A stretch of 47,512 nt of DNA from Rhizaria sp. SCN 62-66 (taxonomy: Eukaryota). The stretch spans positions 1-47,512 of the forward strand of contig MEDY01000227.1 of NCBI GenBank assembly GCA_001724265.1, in the 5' to 3' direction. This document shows, one piece after another, positions 18,789 through 27,770 of the stretch (within the stretch, counting starts at the first letter, position 1; each line of letters starts with the position of its first letter). Under the pieces are notes generated by a model that saw nothing but the letters and a program-made list of their open reading frames with translations, was not told the origin of the DNA and ran no database searches. The position numbers were made by a program, and so were the translations under genes.

Positions 18789-21116
18789 TCAGCCGGCGAG
18801 CCGGAGCACGACGATGGCCTTGTCCAGGCCCGCCACGTCGCTCTCGAGCCGCCGCTGGAGTCGGCCGGCGACGCCGTGGACACTGCACAAGCCCTGCAGG
18901 ACGGTCCCGGTGCCAGTGACAGCGGGCTTCGAGGCTGAGGCAGTGGTTGTGACTGTGGGCAGGGTAGCGTCAGAGGCCGAGGCAGAGAGGGGAGAGGCGG
19001 CGGCGAGCGCGGCGGCCCCAGTGACGCAGATGGGCATGCCGTCCCCCCTCACCGCGCCGAACGCCCGCAGACTGGCCGCGCTCGCCGCGGACGCCGCCGC
19101 ACTGACGCCCCCACGGCTGTTAGAGAGGGCATTTGCACTGGCGCTGGCGGTGGGCGTGAGGAGGACCTCGACCGAGGCGGTGAGCGCGCCCCTGTCGAAC
19201 TTGGTCACGATGCTGCCCAGCCTCAAGCCCGTGGCGGCGAAGTCGTCCGCGGCCACCACGGCCGCGATGTCCCGCTCCAGCGCTTCCTGCGACCGCACGC
19301 GCCGCGGCTCCGCAGCGTCCACCGCCGCGACCGCCACTGACGCTGCTGCTGACTCAGCATCAGTCGCAGTGTGACCGTGAGCGTCATGACTGTGAGCTGG
19401 CAGCCCGTGACTGTGACCGGGCGCGTGGCCGTGGCCCCCATGACTGTGGCTGTGCGCGAGTCCCTGGGTGTGCGCGCGCTCGTGCGCGTGCTTCCGGTAG
19501 TGGCCGTGGGGCAGCTTGTCCCGGTCCGCCGCCACGCCCGCCGCGGCCGACGGGCTGCCCTCGCCGTCGATGCTTACCAGCGCGTCGGTGATCCCGCAGT
19601 CGGGCAGCGCCAGGACGCGCGCGCGGAAGTACTCGGCCAACACGCGCGCGTCGGCCACGGAGAAGTGCGCAGGCACTATAATGGTCAGGTCGACGATGAT
19701 GTCGCGGCCTAACTTCCGCCCGCGCAGCCCGTAGTGGCCGAGCACGCCGTAGGGCGCGCAGCGGGCGAGCTCAGCCGTGATGGCGGCGAGGATCTCCCCG
19801 TCGATCTGCCGCTCCGTGATGTCGTGGAAGACGTCCAGCCCCATGCTGAAGCCCTGCTTGGTGATCATGCCCGCGACGACGAGCGCCGCTACGGGGTCCA
19901 GAACGGGCGCCCCGACCATCGCGCCGGCAACGCCCACCACGGCGATGAGGCTCGAGGCGGCGTCGGAGCGGTGGTGCCAAGCGTTGATGTCGACGATCCG
20001 CGAGCCGGTCTCGGCGGCGACCTTCTTGGTCATGTGGTAGAGGGCCTCTTTGACGGCCACCGAGGCGATGGCCACGGCCAGTGCAATCGGAGCAGGGGTC
20101 AGCTCCTCCTTGGCCGCCGCCGCAGCAGCAGCAGTCTTGTTCGCAGCCGTGGCGGCAGTATTAGCGTCGGTGATGAGTGTGCTAGGAGGATTACTCTCCA
20201 GCATCGACAGACTGTGGGGTCCGTGGTGGCTGTGGGGCGAGTGACCGTGAGCGGCCTCCTCCGCGAGCACCGACTGGACAACCTCGGCCGCACGCCCCCA
20301 TGCGCCCCCGCTGTCGCGCGCGGCGTCCAGCGCGGCTGAGGCGGCGACGGTGAGGGAGGGGGCCAGCTCCGCGATGCGCTCCACGGCGTGCCAGCCGATG
20401 CCCAGCCCCGTGAGGAGGACGACCCCGGAGACGGCGAGGGTGCCTACGTCCTCGATGCGGCCGTGGCCGTAGGGGTGGTCCTGGTCCGCGGGCGCCGACG
20501 CGTGCTTGATCGTCAGCAGCGTGACAGCGTCCGTGACCATGTCCGACAGGCCGTGCACGGCGTCTGCGATGAGCGCCACCGAGTTGCCCGCGATGCCGGC
20601 GGCGGCCTTGACCACCGTCAAGCCGATGTTGCTGTAGAGGCCCAGCTGCGTAATGCGCGTGTCCTTAGCCTCCTTCTGCGCGGGCGTCAGCGCAGCAGAG
20701 ACAGCATTGTTAGCATTCGTGGTGGTTATAGGCGTGGTGTTGTTGTTGGGGGAGGGTTTGTTGAGGTCAGGAGCCGCGGCGACGTGCATGTGGCGGCGGT
20801 GAGACGACAGCAGCAGCGAGCGGTCAAGCACGCCGCTCGCACTGCCGCTGTAGCCGATATGCGGCGAGAGAGAGAGGGTCGCAGCGGCAGTAGCATCGGT
20901 AACAGTGATGGGCTGAGGCAGGCGCAGCGCCGTCATCGAGCGCGTGCCGATGCGAGCGCTGGTAAAGCTGATGCTGCGCTGGTTCACCACGCTGCAGGTG
21001 TTACCGCCGCCGCCGCCGCTGCTGCTGCTGCTGCTGCCACTGTAGCTGGAGCTGCTGATGGCAGAACGGGCGGCGCGGCGGCCGCTGTGGCGCAGCAGCG
21101 GGAGTGAGCGGAGCAT
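18789..21116 (-). CDS. Cation diffusion facilitator (CDF) metal transporter, MTP6/Mmt1-Mmt2/FieF-like, probably mitochondrial (775 aa)
   Basis: CDF motifs ALIADAVHGLSD, HPYGHGRIE and NAWHHRSDAASS, transmembrane segments, and a C-terminal dimerisation domain (LRGRKLGRDIIVDLTIIV). The Arg/Ser-rich, acid-free N-terminus resembles a mitochondrial presequence. Ends TGA. Confidence 0.92.
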   Translation of the reverse strand: MLRSLPLLRHSGRRAARSAISSSSYSGSSSSSSGGGGGNTCSVVNQRSISFTSARIGTRSMTALRLPQPITVTDATAAATLSLSPHIGYSGSASGVLDRSLLLSSHRRHMHVAAAPDLNKPSPNNNTTPITTTNANNAVSAALTPAQKEAKDTRITQLGLYSNIGLTVVKAAAGIAGNSVALIADAVHGLSDMVTDAVTLLTIKHASAPADQDHPYGHGRIEDVGTLAVSGVVLLTGLGIGWHAVERIAELAPSLTVAASAALDAARDSGGAWGRAAEVVQSVLAEEAAHGHSPHSHHGPHSLSMLESNPPSTLITDANTAATAANKTAAAAAAAKEELTPAPIALAVAIASVAVKEALYHMTKKVAAETGSRIVDINAWHHRSDAASSLIAVVGVAGAMVGAPVLDPVAALVVAGMITKQGFSMGLDVFHDITERQIDGEILAAITAELARCAPYGVLGHYGLRGRKLGRDIIVDLTIIVPAHFSVADARVLAEYFRARVLALPDCGITDALVSIDGEGSPSAAAGVAADRDKLPHGHYRKHAHERAHTQGLAHSHSHGGHGHAPGHSHGLPAHSHDAHGHTATDAESAAASVAVAAVDAAEPRRVRSQEALERDIAAVVAADDFAATGLRLGSIVTKFDRGALTASVEVLLTPTASASANALSNSRGGVSAAASAASAASLRAFGAVRGDGMPICVTGAAALAAASPLSASASDATLPTVTTTASASKPAVTGTGTVLQGLCSVHGVAGRLQRRLESDVAGLDKAIVVLRLAG

Positions 21117-21818
21117 CGGGACGGGTGCAAAGCAGGACGCAAATCAGTCTCAGAGGCAGCCGAGGCTGGTGAGCGGCCGGGAAAGGACGCGGCCGTGCTG
21201 TTGTTGCGCGCGTGAAAGACGAGAGAGGGGGTTAGGGAGCAGAGTGGAGTGGGGGAGAGGCGACCGGGTGAGAGGGGGCGGTTAGAGGGGGGTATGGGGG
21301 GACATGAATGATGAGTGTTTAAGCAAGCAAATTTTTTATCATTTACTAATTGCATCAAAATAATCACGGGCAGCAATAATTTCGGATATTCTACGGAAGG
21401 ATTGATGTCCGTTAAAGCCTCGTCGCACTTTGGCTCTCAGTCCTTGTCCGAGTCCCCGGTTGCTGCCACTATGCAGCCACCGACCGATGGCAAGCGACTG
21501 GCCGCGCGGAGCCAACGGGCGGGAGAGAGAGCTTCGAACGGTCGAGCCGTTACTGTTTGAAAGCATCTCAGTCGACACCCTTGCTCTCCGTTGTTTCAAC
21601 TGCCTGCCGCATATCGAACATATATAGAGCGGATATATTTTTAATTCAAATATTTTCTCTCACAAAACACATCTTCCCCACTTCCCCGCCTTCCAAAGTT
21701 TCCCTCTCTTCCCTAGTCAACAACCCAGCCCCCTCAGACGCGAGCAGAGACCAGAGCTCCGAGCTCAGAGAGCAGAGACGGCCGGGACTCTCACCGCTTC
21801 CCCCCCTTGTCCTCCTGC
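21117..21818. promoter_or_regulatory. Divergent intergenic region (CDF transporter / TTC23-like), likely bidirectional promoter plus 5' UTRs
   Basis: ~700 bp between head-to-head start codons, with AT-rich patches and pyrimidine tracts facing each gene. Confidence 0.55.
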
Positions 21819-24800
21819 ATGTCCGCCGCTCCCTCCCGGCGCGCCGCTGGCGGCCCCTCCGCGGGCCCGAAGCTGCGCGTGGTCGCCACCGAGGACAAGG
21901 TGGCGTTTCTCACCTCGGCCGCCGCGGCGCTCGAGGGTGCCCCGCGGCCAGACCTCCCGCGCCTCCTCTCCCTCCGCCACCAGGCGCTGGCGCTGTCCCG
22001 CCTCTGCTTCGGGCCCGCGGACGCGCAGACGGCCGCCCTGCATCTGCTCACGGCGCGAGCGCTGCTGCTGGCAGGTCGTCCCCACCAGGCCCGACCGCAC
22101 GTCGCGCAGGGGCTCAACGCCGCCCGCGCCGCCGCGGCCGCGGCCGCCAGCGCTACCGCAGCGGCGGCGGGGACGGGAGCGGCAACGACTGCGGCAGCAA
22201 CTGCTGCGGCGGCTGAGGCGCTACAACACCACGGCCGCTACCTCTCGGGCCTGGCCCACGCCACCCTGCTGGCCACGGCCGTGCGCGCGATGGCGCCCGC
22301 GCCCGCCGGTGGCGCCGCCTGCGCGCTTGCGGGATCTGGGCGCGCCGAGCGGGCGCAGGTTGTGGCCGAGTTTGCAGCCGCGGCCGCCACCGCCGCGAGC
22401 TCGAACACGGCTGAGGGGGCTGCCGGGGGTGGCAAGGGGTTCTCACTGGGCAACCGCTCTGGCCAACAGCAGCAGCAACAGCAGTCTGGCTCTGGGGCTG
22501 GGGCGAACGGGGGCGACTCGCAGCAACAGCAGCGGCAGCAGCAGCAGCAAGCCCTGCAGGCGGCGGCCACGGCCCATGCCAAGGCCGGTTTTGTGGCGTT
22601 GCGGGACCTAACGGCGACGCTGGCCGAGGCACCCTTTGCCGCGCTGCAGATGCTCGACAACCAGATCCACAGCAGCAGCAACAACGGCGCTAATAATGAG
22701 AAGAAGAGTGGGATTAATAAGAATAGCGGTGTGTGGGGTAAGTACCCCTTAGTCGCCCTGAACCCTTACAACCCCGCCGGCTTCTGCGCCCCTGTCATCG
22801 ATGACATCACCACAAATCAAAACAACAGCAGCAGCACCACCAGTCCTACTCACCCTAGCAACCCGAGTAACCCTAGCTCCAGCTTCAGCTCTGCGAAGGC
22901 TGTGAGCGCTGCTGCTAAGGTCACAGAGGGGCCTTTGACTTTGACGCAAGCACTCTCCGTCTTTGCATCAACATCTTTTCTCTTACCCCAATCAACAACA
23001 GCATCCTCTAGCTCTAGCTCCCGCAGCTCTAGCTCTAACGGCTCGGCCCCAGAGCCTTCGACGGCGCCCCCGCCGCCGGCGCTGTTGCTGCCTACGGTCA
23101 CGGCCTTGGCCTCACTGCACTCCCACCGCGGCCGCGCGGGGGCACTCCACGCCCTCGCCGCCGCGGCCACGGCCGGTGCGCTCGCGCAGGCCTTTCCCGT
23201 CCGCGGCCATAGTAAGGGGGCGGGGGGAGGCAAGGGGGCGTTCAGGGCGGCGCTGGCGGCCGCCAGGGCTGACAGCAGCAACAACAACAACAATAGCTCA
23301 CAGTCGCCGTCGCAGTCTGAGCTCTTTCTCTCGAACGACGCCACCGACACTTCCCCTGGCACTGCGCCTGCGCCTGCACCTGGTTTCGTGACTGTGAGCG
23401 GGGATGTGACCGGCCCGGATCCTCGCGTGGCACTGCCGCTGCGGGTAATGGCCGGCCGGGGCTTCGCGCTGCTGGCCCACGGGCACTTCCAAGCCCTGTC
23501 AGCCACCCTTACATCTCCAGCGAGCTCGCAGCCGCAGCCGCAGTCCGCGGCGACTGCGAAGTCTGCTGACTCAGCAAGCCGGGCCCAAGCCGCCGAGTCC
23601 GCCGCCGCCGCGGGCGTGGCGCTTACGGTCGCGGCCCTGGGCCAGCTCTCGCAGGCCGTGGCGCTGGCCGCGGGGCCGGCGCTGCGGCGGAGGCTGCCAC
23701 GGGCGGCCGGCCGGGTTCTGGCGGCCGCCGCGGCGGGCCGAGTCGTCGGCCGGGCCGCCGCTTTGCTATCTGGTAATGGCAGCCGTGGTGATGGCGATGG
23801 CGAGAATGATTCAGAGTCGCAGTCAAAGGCCAATGCTGATGCTCCAGAGACTGACGCTTCTGCTGACGCTGACACGGATGCTGACACTGATGCTGAGTCT
23901 GAGGCTGAGACGGACCCCGCGCTGGCCGCCTTTGTGGCCCAACTGTTCTCGGAGGCCGCGACCCTGGTGCACAGCCTGATCCTCCCCGTCGTTGCCACAG
24001 CTAGCCATAGCAACAACACCAACAGCAGCAGCGGAGTCGCGGGCGCGAGTGCCAGCGCGGGTACCCATGGGTCACAGGTGCCTGCGGCGGTGCTGGCGGC
24101 CTTCGCCCCCGTGGCACCGCCCCCCGGCACGCCCGCCGCCGCGGTCGGCAGCGTCTGTCTCGTGCCGCCCCTCTCGGCCCAAACCAGCAGTCGCAATAAC
24201 ACCGCAAAGCAACAGGCGCAGGCGCAGTCTACGGTGCTGTCAGCTGACGCTGTGGCCGCCCTAGCCGCCGCCGCCTTGGCTCTGCACGCTGCCGCCTCCG
24301 CCGTCGCCGCCTCCGCCGCCGCCGCCGCCGCCGCTGCCGGCTCTGGCTCCAATGCGAGTGCGGGTGATGGGGCCGTGTTGGTGGCCCCCGGCCTAACTTC
24401 CGGCGGTCTGGCCCTGCTTCCGCAGCCGCCCCCGCCCTTCGGCCCCCTCGCCACCGGGTCCGCCGCCGCCACGGGCGCCGGCGCTCTGCCGACCACGATC
24501 GCCGCGTCGCTCTCCTCGGCTGCCGCGGCCGCGCTGGCCCGGGCCCCGTTTGCGGCCTGCGCGGGGGCCGAGCGCGCGCTGCTGCGTCTGGCCTCGGCAT
24601 CGGCCTCGGGCTTTGATGACAGTGGGCATTATAACGGCGGCCAGAGCCAGGATACTGATGAGTTTGACCAGAGCTATACCCACGGCGATCGTGACGGGAA
24701 TGAGAGTGCGGGTGCGCCAGAGCGCGTGTGGTTCATCCCCGACGAGCAGCGCACGGCCAGTACTCATGGGGGTACCCATGGGGGTCCACATGGTAGTGAC

Positions 24801-27380
24801 GGCGGGAGCGACCTGTTCCCCTTCTGCATCACCGACCCCCTCGACGGCACCGCGCCCTCCCCCTTCTCCCCCCCGCCCCCCCATAGTAGCGGCCGCGCCG
24901 GCGGCGGTCTGCTCACGGTCACCGTCCCCGCCTCGGGCCACGTGGCCCTGGCGCCCTCAGCCTGGGCCGCCGTACCGCTGCCGCCGCTGCCGCCGCTGGC
25001 GCTGGGCTGCGCCGCGGGGGCGGCGGCGCTGGTCAACGGCGCCGCCTCGGTCCTTGCCAAGGCCAATATCTCTCGCAACAATGACGGCTACGGCTACGGT
25101 CCCAACGATGAGGGTTATGGGGAGGAGGTGCAGTGGTTGCCCTTCGCCTTCCCACCCCTGCCCGCCGCCGCCCCCGCGGGCGCCGCCGCCGCCGCCGCCG
25201 CCGCCGCTGCCGCAGAGGTCGGCTCTGGGCCCCTCGTCTTGACTGACTTCCTCGCAGCCAGCAGTCCAAACAACACTGGCTCTGGGGCTGGCACGTCGTC
25301 GTCTCAGCCACTGCTGCCCCCGCCGCCCCCGCCACCACTGCCCCCCCTCTCCGGCCACTTCACCCTCCGGGGCTTGGTCCTTTCGGCCGCCGCCACCGCG
25401 GCCGCGGCCCGCGAGGCGGCGCCGGCGCTGGCCGCGCGCGCTCGCGCCCCCGCGCTGGCCGTGGCGGCGGCGGCGCACGCGGCGGCCGTGGCCAGGACGC
25501 TAGCCAGGGGCGTCTACGCCCCCGCCGCCGCCGCCGCGCACATCAGGCTCGGGGCGGCGGCGGCGGCGGCGGCGGCATCGGTCTCGCAGGGGGGCGCTCA
25601 GACGGGTACTCATGGAGGTACTCATGGGGGCACGCAAGGGGGTGGTGCGCAGGCGGGCCCCGCGGCGGTTGCATTGCTGGCCGCGGCGCAGGAGGCCTTC
25701 GCGGCGGCGGCCCACGGGCTGGCCAAGAGCGTCGGGACCCGCGGCGCGCTGTATCTGCAGGCGCGCACGGCGCTCGAGGCGGCCGCGGGGGCAGAGTCCG
25801 CCGCCGTCGCCGCACTGGCCGCCGCGGCCGCAGCCGCCGCGAGTGGGGGCAAGTCGCGGCGGCCGAGCTCGGCTACGGCTGGTAATCGCAATGACAACAG
25901 TAAGGGGACTAAGGACTCAGCCCGCGTCTCCCGCCAGCACACCAGTAGCTCTTCCACTACGAGTGCGAGTGCGAGCGCGACGCTGAGTCCCGAGGCCGCG
26001 GCAGCGGCGAAGCGGGCGGCGGCGGCGCGGGCGGCGGCGCTGGCGGCGCGGCCGGCGTTCTCGACCCACGGGCTGGCTAAGGGCAGCGGGGCCGTGGGTC
26101 GGCTGGCCACGGCGCTGGGGGCCGACGTGCTGCCCGGCGGCGGGCACGTTAGCCAGAGCAGTGGGAGCAGCCAGAGTGGCGGTGTGGGGCAGCAACAACA
26201 GCAACAGCAGAGTGGCAGGGGCAGGCCTGTGTCCGCCAGTGCGAGTGCGAGCGCCAACGACAAGGATACGGATAAAGACGAGAGTGGCGGCCGCGGCAGG
26301 AGCCGGAGCCGGAGCCGAAGTAAGAGCCGGCCTGCGAGCGCCAAAGCGCCCAGGCCGCAGCCCAGGCCGTCGCCGCCACCATCACAGTCAAAGCCGTCGT
26401 CGTCGCCGCCCCCGTCAGGGTCCCAACTGCAGCATAAGGAGCACAAGTCTGCTGACGCTGCGCCTGACAACAAGCTGAGGAGCAGCGACAGTAACTCTCC
26501 CCTCAAGGCTACTTTGCCTACCGCTAGCATGCCTGTGCCTGTGGCAGTGCCAGTTCCAGTGGAGGTCAACGTCTCCTCGCCCCCTTCTGCGCCTGTCGCT
26601 GTCGCCGTTGCCGCGTCTGCGCCTGCGCCTGCGCCACCTAAGCCCTCGCCTGCCCCTGTGTCTGCCCCCGTGGCAGAGCCTGAGGTTGAGACGGAGGCGG
26701 AGGCTGGGTTTGCATTCGAGGCTGAGGCAGAGGCAGAGGCTGAGGCTGAGCCTTCACAGCCCACAGCTACTGCTGCTGCTGAGCCTGTTGTTGCTACCAT
26801 CACCCCCGAGCCTGCTGCGATTGAGCCTGTGGCAAGCGAGCCCGCTGTCCCCGAGCCCGCCGCAACTGAGCCCGTCACTGCTGCCGCAACAGAGCCCGCT
26901 GTTACCGAAGCGGCTGCTGTCGTTGATGCTGTCCCCGCTGTAGCCCCAGCGGTCTTCTCCCTTCCTGCCGAGGCTGCTGCGGAGGCAGAGGACGACGTCT
27001 TCACCGCCCCCGTCGACCTCAACGACAACATCACTCACAATAGCACTAACCCTATGGCGCCCGCTGCTGCCGCTGATGATGTTGATGTGGGCTCTCATCA
27101 GGCCAACGAGCTCGCCATCGACGACGACGACGACGACTTCGTTGTCCACACTGCAGTCGCAACCAACGAGGGCTACGACGGCTTCAGTATCAGTCACAAC
27201 AACAACAGCAACAACAACAGCAACAACAACAATGCGGAGCGGCCGAGTTCGAGTGCCAATACCAATAGCAGCGACAATGGCGCTGCGACTGCGGCGGCTG
27301 CGGCGGCGGCGCAGGCTGCGGTTGCCGCGGCTCTGAATGAGGGCATTGACGATGACGTGTTCGAGATCGACGCAGACTAA
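21819..27380 (+). CDS. Large Ala-rich TPR-like protein, N-terminus resembling TTC23/TTC23L (1853 aa)
   Basis: Single long ORF, first ATG 21819, ends TAA. ALALSRLCFGPADAQTAALHLLTARALLLAGRPHQARPHV resembles, from memory, the TTC23 N-terminal motif (ALtRicYG..h..lA.ah..LA..yL......QA..H). KLC-type TPR-like segments lie near 25490-25770. The coding call is secure; the family call is tentative. Confidence 0.6.
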   Translation: MSAAPSRRAAGGPSAGPKLRVVATEDKVAFLTSAAAALEGAPRPDLPRLLSLRHQALALSRLCFGPADAQTAALHLLTARALLLAGRPHQARPHVAQGLNAARAAAAAAASATAAAAGTGAATTAAATAAAAEALQHHGRYLSGLAHATLLATAVRAMAPAPAGGAACALAGSGRAERAQVVAEFAAAAATAASSNTAEGAAGGGKGFSLGNRSGQQQQQQQSGSGAGANGGDSQQQQRQQQQQALQAAATAHAKAGFVALRDLTATLAEAPFAALQMLDNQIHSSSNNGANNEKKSGINKNSGVWGKYPLVALNPYNPAGFCAPVIDDITTNQNNSSSTTSPTHPSNPSNPSSSFSSAKAVSAAAKVTEGPLTLTQALSVFASTSFLLPQSTTASSSSSSRSSSSNGSAPEPSTAPPPPALLLPTVTALASLHSHRGRAGALHALAAAATAGALAQAFPVRGHSKGAGGGKGAFRAALAAARADSSNNNNNSSQSPSQSELFLSNDATDTSPGTAPAPAPGFVTVSGDVTGPDPRVALPLRVMAGRGFALLAHGHFQALSATLTSPASSQPQPQSAATAKSADSASRAQAAESAAAAGVALTVAALGQLSQAVALAAGPALRRRLPRAAGRVLAAAAAGRVVGRAAALLSGNGSRGDGDGENDSESQSKANADAPETDASADADTDADTDAESEAETDPALAAFVAQLFSEAATLVHSLILPVVATASHSNNTNSSSGVAGASASAGTHGSQVPAAVLAAFAPVAPPPGTPAAAVGSVCLVPPLSAQTSSRNNTAKQQAQAQSTVLSADAVAALAAAALALHAAASAVAASAAAAAAAAGSGSNASAGDGAVLVAPGLTSGGLALLPQPPPPFGPLATGSAAATGAGALPTTIAASLSSAAAAALARAPFAACAGAERALLRLASASASGFDDSGHYNGGQSQDTDEFDQSYTHGDRDGNESAGAPERVWFIPDEQRTASTHGGTHGGPHGSDGGSDLFPFCITDPLDGTAPSPFSPPPPHSSGRAGGGLLTVTVPASGHVALAPSAWAAVPLPPLPPLALGCAAGAAALVNGAASVLAKANISRNNDGYGYGPNDEGYGEEVQWLPFAFPPLPAAAPAGAAAAAAAAAAAEVGSGPLVLTDFLAASSPNNTGSGAGTSSSQPLLPPPPPPPLPPLSGHFTLRGLVLSAAATAAAAREAAPALAARARAPALAVAAAAHAAAVARTLARGVYAPAAAAAHIRLGAAAAAAAASVSQGGAQTGTHGGTHGGTQGGGAQAGPAAVALLAAAQEAFAAAAHGLAKSVGTRGALYLQARTALEAAAGAESAAVAALAAAAAAAASGGKSRRPSSATAGNRNDNSKGTKDSARVSRQHTSSSSTTSASASATLSPEAAAAAKRAAAARAAALAARPAFSTHGLAKGSGAVGRLATALGADVLPGGGHVSQSSGSSQSGGVGQQQQQQQSGRGRPVSASASASANDKDTDKDESGGRGRSRSRSRSKSRPASAKAPRPQPRPSPPPSQSKPSSSPPPSGSQLQHKEHKSADAAPDNKLRSSDSNSPLKATLPTASMPVPVAVPVPVEVNVSSPPSAPVAVAVAASAPAPAPPKPSPAPVSAPVAEPEVETEAEAGFAFEAEAEAEAEAEPSQPTATAAAEPVVATITPEPAAIEPVASEPAVPEPAATEPVTAAATEPAVTEAAAVVDAVPAVAPAVFSLPAEAAAEAEDDVFTAPVDLNDNITHNSTNPMAPAAAADDVDVGSHQANELAIDDDDDDFVVHTAVATNEGYDGFSISHNNNSNNNSNNNNAERPSSSANTNSSDNGAATAAAAAAAQAAVAAALNEGIDDDVFEIDAD

Positions 27381-27770
27381 GCGATATACGCAACGCAAGA
27401 ACTCTGCACACTTCATACGATCATTGTTATGTTTGCAATTTTAAAGAGTATAACCGTTACATTAGAAACAAATTTCACATAAAACAACAATATTATCACG
27501 CATATCTACAACTTGTGAAAGAGAAATTATTATGTATGACTCGAATAAGCTTAAGAGTGAAAAGTAACTTGGCCTGAACAAGTGTACAAGCATTCAATAT
27601 GGGCCACATCGACTTACGATGCAATACGCGGACTCATGTCAAAACGATGCACGAGCAAACAACCAGGACTATCAGAGGTAACGCTACAAGAACGCACACT
27701 TGTCCTAAAGCAAGCTGGTTTAACAATAGCGTTGTTGAGTAGTCGTTGCAGCACGAGCAGCAGCAGCAGC

